From Candidatus Fermentibacterota bacterium (lineage in GTDB: Bacteria; JAFGKV01): a stretch of DNA of 48,437 bases. The number at the start of each line of letters is the position of its first letter. Position 1 is the stretch's first letter. Location: assembly GCA_016928395.1 (NCBI GenBank), contig JAFGKV010000144.1, forward strand, positions 1 to 48,437. Reading direction: 5' to 3'. Positions 27,276 to 36,898 of this stretch are shown here, one piece after another. Position numbers and translations under genes: made by a program. Under the pieces are notes generated by a model. The model was not told the DNA's origin and did not search any database. It saw only the letters and a list, made by a program, of their open reading frames with translations.

Positions 27276-29192
27276 TTACTCCACAATCACCGGGGTGGTA
27301 ACCCACCCGCAGCCGGTGATGGCACGGGCGAAGTAGGCGCCCGATGCCAAGTGGCCGCGGCTCCACGAAACACTGTGAGACCCTGCAGGAAGCGTACCCT
27401 CGAATACATGCACGACCCGCCGGCCCGAGAGATCATAGATCCCCACCGACACGGGGCCTGCCTGTGGCACGGCAAGCCGTACCGTCCCGCCGTCCGTGGC
27501 GGGCACCGGCGCGACGGCCAGAGTCAGGCTGCCGGCACGCGTGCCCGGCACCGATACCGTCACTGGGCCGAACAGCTCGGTCGTCCCCGTGAAGTCGACC
27601 TGCTCCAGCCAGTAGCGGTAGGTCTCGCCGGCGATAACCCGCTCATCCACGAAGGAGTACCTCTGCGGATCCAGCGTGGTACCCGCGCCGGGGATGAGCT
27701 CCGCGTTCATCTGAACTCGATCCGCGTTACCTACGGAGCGGTAAACGTTGAAGCCCAAGTTCTCCGATTCGGTCGCGGTCTCCCAGGAGAGCGTCACTGC
27801 CTCGGGAGAGGCGCTGGCGCTGAACGACGCGAGTTCCACTGGAACAAGCATGTAGGCGAAATCAACACTGCAGTCATCAGTATCCTGTCCAGGCGGCGTC
27901 CGGTAGAGCATCTCATCCTGGCCGCAGTTGTAGGTCTGCGAGGTGACGCCCGCATAGCCTCCGCCTTCATACACGAGCACATCCACCACCGTGTCGCACC
28001 CATCCAGGACGATAACCTCGTCACCGGAGTTGCTGAGGTTGATGCTTCCGGTTGCCCAGGTGGGATAGGTAGTGAGGTTGACTACCCCGGGATCGTCGCT
28101 GCCATAGGCCTGTTCCAGATCCGCGGTGATCCCGTAGTTGGTCAGCAGGTCGGCTGCAGTACAGGCAATGGTCAGATAGCCGCCCGGTGGTACATTGCCG
28201 TACCCCGGAGGAATCGCTCTCATGCCTTCCCCGCCACCGATAGTCTCCTCATCGCCGATCTTGTACCCGGTGACGCCGTGATTCCCCATGCTGACGGCCC
28301 AGGGCGACCGGTTGTACAGCCTGTAGAACTCGTTGTTCGGCTCGGTCGTAGCGGGATCGTACAGCACCTGCGCCACCACAACGGGAGGCCCGGGCTCGCC
28401 ATTGAATTCGAAAAACACATCAAAGTAGTAGTTGACGACCTGATCGCTGACTTCGGCCCACGTATTGGAGGTCACATCGCCGGGATCGTTGTAGTTCGTC
28501 ACCGCATCCAGGGCGTTCGAGACGCTCGAGCCGCCCGTGTCCCAGGTATTGTCGGAGGTGTTGGTGCGGAATGCCGCTACCGTGAACCGGAGGGTCGCGG
28601 GGAGCATGACCCCGTCCAGCGAGGACCAGGGCACCGAGAACTCCATGACGTCCGTGCTGCCGGAGATGGCCTCGGCGCCGACATAGAAGGGGCCCAACCA
28701 GCCGGCGTACCACAGTATCACATCCGGGCTTCCGCTGCCGAACCGCGTGATGATGAGATACTGCCAATATGCATTGGGATCGACCCGCGTATCGCTGTTG
28801 CCGCCGAACCAATCCGTGCCGCCGATCGGGTTTGCATCGATGGCAACCTGGATCTGGGGTGCGCCGTCCCACTGCCCTGCAGGGGGATCGGGGATATCGG
28901 CCATCCGGGCCAGGAAGTAGAGGTTTTCCTGATCTGCGGTCACGCGGAACTCCACCAGATCCACCCGCGAATCGGGAGCGGCGAAGTCGGTTCGCTCGTC
29001 GGCCGCGACGTCGACCCAGATGTACTCACCGATCGGGCCGGCACTACGGCAGATATGGCCCAAGTTGCCCTGAGCCGCCGTGACCAGTGGCCAATCAACG
29101 GGATTGGCGTCGACGATGATGGGGTGCGCCCGGCATGGCAGAACGCCCACAGCCAGGCTGCAGCAGACGAAGACGAGAACGGTTCGGAGCAC
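27276..29192 (-). CDS. Secreted protein: DOMON/glucodextranase-like N-domain, lamin-tail domain, PVELASF module and T9SS/FlgD-like C-terminal domain
   Basis: GTG 29192 with AAGGAGG RBS and signal peptide; VAQVLYDP...NEFYRLYN and LSNSGDEV (LTD); PVELASFSA...LSWETATESENLGFNVYRS; YDLSGRRV...ASGAYFAR. Confidence 0.85.
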   Translation of the reverse strand: MLRTVLVFVCCSLAVGVLPCRAHPIIVDANPVDWPLVTAAQGNLGHICRSAGPIGEYIWVDVAADERTDFAAPDSRVDLVEFRVTADQENLYFLARMADIPDPPAGQWDGAPQIQVAIDANPIGGTDWFGGNSDTRVDPNAYWQYLIITRFGSGSPDVILWYAGWLGPFYVGAEAISGSTDVMEFSVPWSSLDGVMLPATLRFTVAAFRTNTSDNTWDTGGSSVSNALDAVTNYNDPGDVTSNTWAEVSDQVVNYYFDVFFEFNGEPGPPVVVAQVLYDPATTEPNNEFYRLYNRSPWAVSMGNHGVTGYKIGDEETIGGGEGMRAIPPGYGNVPPGGYLTIACTAADLLTNYGITADLEQAYGSDDPGVVNLTTYPTWATGSINLSNSGDEVIVLDGCDTVVDVLVYEGGGYAGVTSQTYNCGQDEMLYRTPPGQDTDDCSVDFAYMLVPVELASFSASASPEAVTLSWETATESENLGFNVYRSVGNADRVQMNAELIPGAGTTLDPQRYSFVDERVIAGETYRYWLEQVDFTGTTELFGPVTVSVPGTRAGSLTLAVAPVPATDGGTVRLAVPQAGPVSVGIYDLSGRRVVHVFEGTLPAGSHSVSWSRGHLASGAYFARAITGCGWVTTPVIVE

Positions 29193-29852
29193 TGTCTCCT
29201 CCTTGGTGAGTGACCACGTACCAGGATACACCATTGACCAGGCAATAAACTTGGCGAAGAAGGATGCATCGCGCAAGGGTTCTGAAAGGGGATGGGTTGC
29301 CCGTTGGCAGAGTACTCGCCTGTTCCGCGTTGTCGCACTGCCCCGCCGTGTCGCGTGCCCACTCCAGCGCTCGGGTGACAATCCGTTCCACGGTCAACTG
29401 ACCCTTCTCGGCGGTTGCCGCCGTGGGATAGCCTTGGCACCCAGGCGAGCCAAGGATGGGGGCACGCCGCAAGCGGCGCAGGTAGGGCTCAGACTCCTCT
29501 CACGGGATCTCGAAGTCTATCATCCGGTCATATCGCACCCGGTCGGAAGAGAGACGCAGCATGCCCGGCGTCTCCGCCTCGCTGGCGTGGCGGGCGCCGG
29601 ATGCATCCCATGCAGTGGAACCGTTCGACGGACGAGAAATCGCAATCGATACGATGCCGCGCGTATGGGCCAATGTACAGAGCGTGGGCGCAGAGCAGTC
29701 GTGGCCTGTACATTGCTCGAAGAATGCAGCCTATGCCGGGTGCATCCCCTGGTGCACGGCCGGCCGCCAACCCTTCTGCGGCGGTCATCGCCGCGGAGAG
29801 TCCGAGCGCCAGTTACTTTAAGAAAAAAAGTGAGCTCTCAGGAGTATACCCA

Positions 29853-30893
29853 ATGGATCTCGCATCAGTACAGGTAATCGTCCGGCTGCTAGACGGAGGC
29901 GAGCCCGTGGCACTGGTCTATCCGGTGCATCGCGAAGGATCGATCCCCACGCCGAAGGAGGCCCTTCTGGTCGTCCAACCGGATGGTGAATCAGGGACCG
30001 TGGGCGGGGGCATTCTGGAGGCGGACGCCATTGCACGCGCCAGGAATGCGCTCTCCGGAATGAGGCACCTCGTGCTCTCGCGCACGCTGGATGACGCCGG
30101 AGTCGATGACAATGACATGCTCTGCGGTGGTAGCGTGATCCTGCTGGTGGAGTACGTGGCGCCCGAAACAGTTGGGGTATGGGCTGATGTGGAGGATGCC
30201 GTGCTGCGGGGAGAATACTGGGGCTGGAGATGTCTCATCGCGATTACCGCCGACACTGTGCACGTCAGCCGAACAGCCGCACAGTTTCCCGCCATCTCCC
30301 GTTCTCGGTTCGCGCCGACCGGCCAGGGTACACGGGCTGCCTCGCTGAGCATTTGCCCTACAGCGGACGGGTTCGAGATATGGGACCCCATCGTAGTCCC
30401 CGATACGCTGCTCATCTTCGGCGCGGGCCATGTCGCCCGGGCCCTGGCGCCCATCGCCTCAGGGCTAGGGTTCCGCTGCGTCGTGGTGGATGACCGCGAA
30501 GACTACGCCTCAACCCGGCGATTCCCGACCGCGCACCGGCTGGTGGTGGACGATCCGGCGCATGCAGTGGCGACGCTTCCTTCAGGCCCCGGGGTGTGGG
30601 CGGCCATCATGACCAGGGGTCATAAGGACGATGCCCGAGTGCTTGCCAACCTTCTCCAGCGCTCCTACCGTTACGTCGGCTTGGTCGGATCTGCGCATAA
30701 AAAGGCGGCCATCTGGGCCCACCTTGAAGAGGGAGGGGCCTCTCGCGACGCGCTGGATGCTGTGCGCTGCCCCATCGGCGTGCCCATCGGAGGATCCACG
30801 CCACACGAGATCGCGGTTTCCATCGCCGCGCAATTGGTCGCCGTGCGCCACGGGAAATCCATCGCCCAAGGCATCGGAGGTCAGCGCGGGTAA
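29853..30893 (+). CDS. xdhC: XdhC/CoxI family molybdenum-hydroxylase maturation factor
   Basis: RBS AGGAG; GTVGGGILE, MLCGG, LLIFGAGHVA, VVDDR, MTRGHKDD, YVGLVGS, CPIGVPIGGSTPHEIAVSIAAQL. Confidence 0.9.
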   Translation: MDLASVQVIVRLLDGGEPVALVYPVHREGSIPTPKEALLVVQPDGESGTVGGGILEADAIARARNALSGMRHLVLSRTLDDAGVDDNDMLCGGSVILLVEYVAPETVGVWADVEDAVLRGEYWGWRCLIAITADTVHVSRTAAQFPAISRSRFAPTGQGTRAASLSICPTADGFEIWDPIVVPDTLLIFGAGHVARALAPIASGLGFRCVVVDDREDYASTRRFPTAHRLVVDDPAHAVATLPSGPGVWAAIMTRGHKDDARVLANLLQRSYRYVGLVGSAHKKAAIWAHLEEGGASRDALDAVRCPIGVPIGGSTPHEIAVSIAAQLVAVRHGKSIAQGIGGQRG

Positions 30894-31100
30894 GGCGGAG
30901 AGAGATACACCTGGAAGTGCCGGTGTCGTCTTCTCGGTCGGTATCGCCATCTTGGGCATCGATTGAACCATGATAGTGACGGTGAAACGCGGACGAGTTG
31001 ACCTATTCCCGCCCCGCGGAACTGCCGCACTGAACCTTGAATTCTCGGGAGAGGAGCGCGCTCCGGTCTTGACCGAAAGGCCCGAGAGAGGCTCATTGTC

Positions 31101-32045
31101 GTGGCGTTCTTCCGCGCTCATTCACTGTGCCTGAAAGCGAGCCTCACGGTGCCTTTTCACCCATCCCCTGCTCTCCGTGAGCGGCGAAGCCGGTTTATCG
31201 AGTTGTTTCGCACAACGCCGCCACATACCGTGTGCCCCAACTTTTACGTTCTAGCGCATGCCAACGGTTGCGCTTTTTCTCCCCAGTGCAGCTACTGCTA
31301 TCTCAAGTCGTCGTTCTGGTACCTTCCCCGTTCCGAAGCCTTCACCAATGTCGCTCGTGTCATCGATGAGACTCGTCGGTGGATTGCACGAGACGGCCTT
31401 GAGACTTATGTCTTGAACACGGGGAATCTCTGTGATAGCCTGGCCTTCGAAAGGGATCGGCCCCTGATGGCGATGCTGATCGACACCTTCAGAGAATTCG
31501 CGGCCGGCAGGCCACACACGCTTCTCCTGGTCACCAAGGGCGGTCGCACCGAATGCCGCCCACTCCTCGAAAGCTCCGCATGCCCCAATGTCGTGGTCTC
31601 GTTCTCGGTGACCAACCCCGAAGCAGCCCTCAGACAGGAGAAAGGCGCTGCCTCAGTGAACGATCGGCTGGCCGCCGCTCACGCACTGCTGGCTGCCGGG
31701 TGGCGCGTCCGTATGCGTATCGACCCCATGATCGCGGGCTACGATCATCGCGGGATAGCGGACCAGGTTGGTTCGCTGCCGCCGGAGCGGGTTACCTTGG
31801 GCTCTCTTCGGGCGGAGCCGAACCTGTTGCGAGTGATGCGCGACGGCCTATTCGTTGACCTCAAGCCTCCGGAGCATCCCAGAGGCCTGGCGCGGTATCC
31901 TCTCGAAGTGCGCCTGAACCTCTATCGCCCTGCAGTTGCCGCTCTCAGGGCAATCTGTCCCGTGGCGCTTTGTGAGGAGAGTGAAGAGGTGTGGAGGACC
32001 CTTGGGCTTGACGTGGAAGCAAGACCCTGTAACTGTGGCGAATGA
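31101..32045 (+). CDS. Radical SAM protein, spore photoproduct lyase (SplB)-like
   Basis: VCPNFYVLAHANGCAFSPQCSYCYL, NTGNLCDSLA, LLVTKG, VVVSFSV, RLAAA...GWRVRMRIDPM, ALCEE; start uncertain. Confidence 0.8.
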   Translation: MAFFRAHSLCLKASLTVPFHPSPALRERRSRFIELFRTTPPHTVCPNFYVLAHANGCAFSPQCSYCYLKSSFWYLPRSEAFTNVARVIDETRRWIARDGLETYVLNTGNLCDSLAFERDRPLMAMLIDTFREFAAGRPHTLLLVTKGGRTECRPLLESSACPNVVVSFSVTNPEAALRQEKGAASVNDRLAAAHALLAAGWRVRMRIDPMIAGYDHRGIADQVGSLPPERVTLGSLRAEPNLLRVMRDGLFVDLKPPEHPRGLARYPLEVRLNLYRPAVAALRAICPVALCEESEEVWRTLGLDVEARPCNCGE

Positions 32046-32200
32046 GAATCCCGTCTTCCGATGCACCCGCATTCGTGGGAGAAGAGCTCCGTTGCCCTTC
32101 CGCCGTGGGCCTCTCCATGGCGTGGACAGGGTTGTTTCAGTGGCTGTAGGGCCTCTGATGCGCCCCATCAGGCTCCGGTGAAAATGAGGCAGGTTCCGTC

Positions 32201-33790
32201 ATGATCACGACCACCGGTCAGGATGATCCCTCTGCCCGGGAAGTGGATGCCTTGGTAGACGCGGTCAAGGCTCTCAGGCCTTTGCCCCGCCTCAGTAGCC
32301 AGGAGCATAGAGCCGCGTCGGACCAGATCCAGGCGCTTCTGGATTCGGTTACTCATCGGCAGGTGAGCCGGCTGGGCGCCGATGGCCTGTGTGAGACCGC
32401 CAGCCATCTCCGGGAGATTGGGGATCCCTCCGCCGCTGAGACTCTGGCGCTCAGGGGCGTTGATCGCCTCCTCGAACAAGGGCATGTTACCGATGCCGTC
32501 ATGTTGTTGAATCAGGCCGGGTTGGCGTGTTTTGACCAGGGCGCTCTCGCTGACGCGGAGCATCACTTCACCAAAGCTCTCAGTCTCATCCCTTCGCCTG
32601 ATCTACGACTCCAAACTCCCGTCTTGCTGGTCAATCAGGCAACAGTGCTGACCGAGATGGGGAACTACGAGCAGGCGCTTCTGCTGTATGAACGAACGCT
32701 ACGTGAACTGGAGGGCGCCGCGACGGGAAGCTATGGCCAACGCGATGGCTTGCTTCCGCAACAGGCCAGGGGGCTGGTCACCAACAACATCGGGTGGGTA
32801 TTGCTCCGCTCGGCCCGGGCGGCGGGCAATGATCGTGACCTAATAGCCCGAGCCATGATGGTCTTTGACACGGCGCTGGCCCTCCCTTTGAACACACGAA
32901 CACGGCTCATCGCTGTGGGGAATCGTGCCGAAGCGAGTCTGATGAAGGGCGACATGGCGGCCGCGGAATCCTCATTGGAGAACGCTGAACAGGAATGCCT
33001 CAACGCTGGCTATCAGCGGCTGCTGCCCGAGATGTACCGCAGAAGAGCGCAGTTGTGTGCGGCTTTGGGCGATGGCGAGGCGGCCATCGACTGGGCAAGG
33101 ACGGCGATGGACGCCAGCATTGCTGAGGCCAATCCCCGCCAGGAACTTCGCATCGTGGAGGTATTTCTGGACATCCTCCGGGGTGTCACAGCATACAGCA
33201 CGGATCCGGTCGCGGCATTGGAGTCAACAGGTCTTTCCGTGGTGACACAGATTCTGGCTGTACTGGAAAGCAAGGATACGTACACGGGGGGGAGCCACTC
33301 CAGGAGGGTGGCCGACCTGGCCCACCGAATCTCGACCCGTTTGGTCGGTGATGGTCCGGGACAACAGCGATGGTGCAAGCGCGTGGAATTGGGCGGCCTG
33401 TTCCATGACGTAGGCAAACTCCGCCTCCCATGGAGCCTGCTCAACCGCGTGTCGGCCCTTTCCGCCAGGGACTGGCAGCTTCTGAAGGCGCATACGTCTC
33501 TGGGAGAGACCATGCTCAGGGACTGTGGGCTCTGGAGCCTCGCTTTGGTCGCAGGCGGTCACCACGAACGCCCCGACGGCAGGGGCTATCCGCGGGGAGA
33601 CACACGGGCAACCCTAGAATCGGCCGTTGTCGCGGCTGCGGATGCCTTCGATGCCATGACCTCCAGCTCCCGGGTTCACACCCGGCCCAAGACCCCGATG
33701 GACGCAATGGAGGTGGTGCGCGCCGGATCCGGTACGCAATTCAGGCCTGATGTGGTCGTCGCCTTGGAGGCTGCGCTGAGTCAAGCCTGA
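32201..33790 (+). CDS. TPR-repeat + HD-GYP domain protein (putative cyclic dinucleotide phosphodiesterase)
   Basis: TPR-like helices (LLNQAG, LVNQA, TNNIG, GNRAE); KDTYTGGSHSRRV, FHDVGK, HHERPDGRGYP, ADAFDAMTS, GTQFRPDVV. Confidence 0.9.
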   Translation: MITTTGQDDPSAREVDALVDAVKALRPLPRLSSQEHRAASDQIQALLDSVTHRQVSRLGADGLCETASHLREIGDPSAAETLALRGVDRLLEQGHVTDAVMLLNQAGLACFDQGALADAEHHFTKALSLIPSPDLRLQTPVLLVNQATVLTEMGNYEQALLLYERTLRELEGAATGSYGQRDGLLPQQARGLVTNNIGWVLLRSARAAGNDRDLIARAMMVFDTALALPLNTRTRLIAVGNRAEASLMKGDMAAAESSLENAEQECLNAGYQRLLPEMYRRRAQLCAALGDGEAAIDWARTAMDASIAEANPRQELRIVEVFLDILRGVTAYSTDPVAALESTGLSVVTQILAVLESKDTYTGGSHSRRVADLAHRISTRLVGDGPGQQRWCKRVELGGLFHDVGKLRLPWSLLNRVSALSARDWQLLKAHTSLGETMLRDCGLWSLALVAGGHHERPDGRGYPRGDTRATLESAVVAAADAFDAMTSSSRVHTRPKTPMDAMEVVRAGSGTQFRPDVVVALEAALSQA

Positions 33791-33880
33791 GTCCTTCCGG
33801 ACTCCGGAGCAATGGGAAAGCAAAACGGGCTGACGAGGGATGCGGATTCGGCCGCGCGCCGAGAAGAGATGCAGGGAGCT

Positions 33881-34306
33881 CTAGCTGGTACCCGGAACCT
33901 GAAGTTCGTAGGAGAACTGTGTGGGGCTCGGTACGGTGAGCTCGAAGGTCATGGTGGCCTGCTGGACTGGAGCGGCCACAGTGTCTATGGGCGGATTACT
34001 CACGGCCAGTTCGGAACGACCGAAGCCCAGAAACTGAGAGAACACTAACACCGCGGCAGCCGCAGCAGCAGCGCCTACGGGAAGCAACACCATATGCCGT
34101 TTCGCAGGGCGTGAACGCAAGACGCTGCCGGTTCGTATGCTGGATGCCAGTTCCTGGGCGCACGCCTGGCATGCCACGAGATGCTCCTCATACGCCTCTT
34201 CCTCGGGTGACGCCAGGAGCCCCCATTCATAGGCAGCCAGGAGTCGCCCCATTCCCGGGCTAGTGCATCCGATCGGCGCTGTTCCTATGTCGGTAATGGG
34301 TTTCAT
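33881..34306 (-). CDS. zf-HC2 anti-sigma factor
   Basis: EEHLVACQAC (HxxxCxxC), one hydrophobic segment, ATGA overlap with the upstream sigma gene. Confidence 0.82.
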   Translation of the reverse strand: MKPITDIGTAPIGCTSPGMGRLLAAYEWGLLASPEEEAYEEHLVACQACAQELASSIRTGSVLRSRPAKRHMVLLPVGAAAAAAAVLVFSQFLGFGRSELAVSNPPIDTVAAPVQQATMTFELTVPSPTQFSYELQVPGTS

Positions 34307-34857
34307 GGCATTCCTCGCTCCGATTCTCTCATCACTTTCAGTTCCTCACGGCAACGGTACAGCCTCATGTACAGGGCATTGCGGCTGGACAGATCAAGAA
34401 ACTGCTGCATCTCCTCTGCGGTGTATCCCTCAAGTACCCATTCCACCAGCTGCCTGCATCTCGACGACAGCCTGGGGACCATCCGTCGGATCTCGTCTCG
34501 CGCCTGCTCGGCATCGGAATCCACCCCTCCATGCCACCGTGTCGCAAAACCCCCCACGAGCGGCCCAAGGCGCTCCAATCGGCGTCTGGAGGAGTAGTAG
34601 TTCCCCACGATGTTCCGCAGAACTGTCAAACACCACGGGACAACTTCTGCATCGCCTGAAACCTCAGTGATTCTCTCCGCAACTATCGACAAGGCATCCT
34701 GAGTCAGGTCTTCGGCGACATCTATGTCCCACACTCTTCGTTTCGCGATCACCAGAAAACTAACGCGCAGCCGACGGCACAACTCCTCCAAGGCCCTGCC
34801 GTCTCCGGCCCGAGCCGCCGTGCCGACCTCCTCCGTGCTGGACCCGCTGAACTCCAT
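34303..34857 (-). CDS. ECF RNA polymerase sigma factor
   Basis: GDGRALEEL, AEDLTQD, WCLTVLRN, LSSRCRQLV...GYTAEEM...LYMRLYRCREEL. Confidence 0.88.
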   Translation of the reverse strand: MEFSGSSTEEVGTAARAGDGRALEELCRRLRVSFLVIAKRRVWDIDVAEDLTQDALSIVAERITEVSGDAEVVPWCLTVLRNIVGNYYSSRRRLERLGPLVGGFATRWHGGVDSDAEQARDEIRRMVPRLSSRCRQLVEWVLEGYTAEEMQQFLDLSSRNALYMRLYRCREELKVMRESERGMP

Positions 34858-35134
34858 CTCCGACTCCCATGCCGGTCTCGTAGTAGTACGCCGGCGCCTT
34901 CTGGTGTGTCGCCCAGGAAAACGCACTCAACATAGCGAGAGCGCTTCACCGGACAACCCCGAGGTGTCGCCATCATGCCCACTCGGGGCTCTACGCTCGC
35001 GCAGGCATGGGAAGATGGTCGCAGAACGGGCGGCGTAGCCACGGAGCGGGCCGCAGCGGATGAGAATCGTTCGCTGAGTACACTGGTACATACGTTCGAC
35101 AGCGTATCGAGGTGGGACTTGTGCGCTGGTGTAC

Positions 35135-36205
35135 TCAAGACAGGGCTGCTGCTATCTCCTCCCGAACTGCGGAATGCGGCTCGATCCCATGCCTTCGCTT
35201 CAAGAGAAGACGCGGTACGGCCGTGTCAAATCTGCCCAGAGCCCATGCGGCATGGGCGCGGACAAGAGGCGAAGGGTCAGTACAGAGGGCATCGGCAATG
35301 CAATCCACGAGGTCGTCACGTTGGCGATTGGCGGCAACGACAACCGCGGAGCGCACCACCGTCCTGCGTCCCACGTACGCCAGTGGCCCCCGCCCGGCCA
35401 AGGAGGAGAACTCATCCCGGTCCCTCGACGCAATCAGCCGCCCAAGGAATCCATCATCACTGACTCCCCCTTCCCCCGCGGCCTTGCCGTAGGGACATGC
35501 CCGGAGGCAGAGATCACACCCCAGTATGTGGTTGATCAGCCCTCGTAGCTCAATGGGAATAGTGCCGCGGTTCTGCGTGGTGTGGTACGCGAGACAACGG
35601 GCTGCATCGACGCCGTGGGGAGTCAATGCTCCTGTGGGGCATGCATCCATGCATGCGCCACAGTCTCCGCACGGCGCCTGTTGAATCTCGACTTCTACGG
35701 AACACAAAGGCTGATCCACCAGGAGTTCGGACAGACAGACATCACCGCCCAATTTGGGATGGGTGAGGAACCTGTTCTTCCCGATCCACCCCAGGCCCGC
35801 CCGCCGCGCAAGGGCCCGCTCGGGGAGCACAGTAGCGTCAACCTGAACCTGATGCCTGCTGAACCCAATCTCCGCCGCAATCGCCTGAAGCCTGTCTTGC
35901 ACTACGCGGTGATAGTCCAGGCCTCGGGCGTACGATGCCACATAGGCGTCCCAAGGCGTTTCACTTCCGTGATGCAACTCGTCCCACCGCACGAGAAATG
36001 AAACTCCTCCGCGGGCCCACGGCGTGTTCGTGTCGAGAGTCATGCCCGACGATGCCTGCCGCGTCAGATAGCCCATGGAGCCGGAAAACCCGCGATCAAG
36101 CCACTGTTGCAGGATTTCCAGCTCATCTCCCAGCGGCGAGATGGGCCAGAAGGCCACGGCCTGGAAGCCGTGACGGCTGGCGACCTCACGGATCCGATCG
36201 AGCAT
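35135..36205 (-). CDS. queG: Epoxyqueuosine reductase
   Basis: GSMGYL, ASYARGLDYH, VDATVLPERALARRAGLGWIGKN, CGDCGACMDACPT, ARCLAY, GCDLCLRACP, C-terminal HEAT. Confidence 0.92.
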   Translation of the reverse strand: MLDRIREVASRHGFQAVAFWPISPLGDELEILQQWLDRGFSGSMGYLTRQASSGMTLDTNTPWARGGVSFLVRWDELHHGSETPWDAYVASYARGLDYHRVVQDRLQAIAAEIGFSRHQVQVDATVLPERALARRAGLGWIGKNRFLTHPKLGGDVCLSELLVDQPLCSVEVEIQQAPCGDCGACMDACPTGALTPHGVDAARCLAYHTTQNRGTIPIELRGLINHILGCDLCLRACPYGKAAGEGGVSDDGFLGRLIASRDRDEFSSLAGRGPLAYVGRRTVVRSAVVVAANRQRDDLVDCIADALCTDPSPLVRAHAAWALGRFDTAVPRLLLKRRHGIEPHSAVREEIAAALS

Positions 36206-36214
36206 TGATGGGCG

Positions 36215-36898
36215 CTATGAGCCGGATACCAGCACTCCCAAGGCCTCCTCGGCTCGGTCGAGGAGCTGTTTGGTCGCCCTCACATCCTCCAGGCAGTACC
36301 GGGCTATGTCCTCCATCCGGCCGGCCCGGTACGCCTCAGCCACGTCCTTGCCCCGCATCTGGCCCTTAGGGGAGTCGATACCAAGGCGCCGACACAGGAA
36401 GTCCAAAGAGTAGCGGCGAATGCCGCCGTAGAGCGTCAGCACATCGAGAAGATCCAGGTGTTCGGAGAGCCTGTACCGATTCGGAACCAGATTCCTGGAG
36501 GCGACCACGCCCAGCACAAGACTGCGCAGCATGAGATACGGCCCGTCAAAGGATCTACCGTTGAACGTAATGATCTGCCCGTAGCGCTTCACGACATCCC
36601 AGAAACGCTCAAGAATCTCGGCCTCGTTGCCCGTCCAGAACTCAGTTCCCTCATCAAAGGCCCACGCGGCCCCCTCCCCCGGTATGCCTTCGGCCAATAC
36701 CAGTGCCTTACCGCTTTCCGGGTTCAACATGCCGATGGCGACGACTCTGCCGGTCAGAGGGAAGAGCCCAAGCTGGTCGCGGACCTTCTCCTGCTCCTCA
36801 TCGGTTCGAGCGTTCTGCAGCAAGTACGCCTGCTCCTCCGGCTCCAGCCCCTCCCAATCCACCGGTACTGTTTCAATGTCGATGACAACTCTGCTCAC
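36215..36898 (-). CDS. PolB-exonuclease-like 3'-5' exonuclease (RNase H fold)
   Basis: DIET, TFNGRSFDGPYL, HLDL, YCLEDV (DEDDy). Confidence 0.9.
   Translation of the reverse strand: MSRVVIDIETVPVDWEGLEPEEQAYLLQNARTDEEQEKVRDQLGLFPLTGRVVAIGMLNPESGKALVLAEGIPGEGAAWAFDEGTEFWTGNEAEILERFWDVVKRYGQIITFNGRSFDGPYLMLRSLVLGVVASRNLVPNRYRLSEHLDLLDVLTLYGGIRRYSLDFLCRRLGIDSPKGQMRGKDVAEAYRAGRMEDIARYCLEDVRATKQLLDRAEEALGVLVSGS

Noticed and set aside
27267-29213. 648-aa plus-strand ORF
   Set aside because: Antisense shadow of the secreted LTD protein; no motifs. The same applies to 3893..5017, 25148..25981 and 45228..46139.
29399-29491. tRNA or tRNA-Sec
   Set aside because: Cloverleaf-like but no T-loop GTTC consensus, no UCA anticodon arm and no CCA end on either strand
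29415-29852. Long N-terminal extensions in the ORF track (XdhC from 29415; also 5631, 15350, 20693, 29381, 40322, 41800, 44146)
   Set aside because: Downstream starts have clear RBSs or translational coupling and match domain or signal-peptide beginnings
31043-31087. Glycine riboswitch (GGGAGAG...CCGAAAGG)
   Set aside because: Lacks the CTCTCAGG segment and a second aptamer; gene context does not fit
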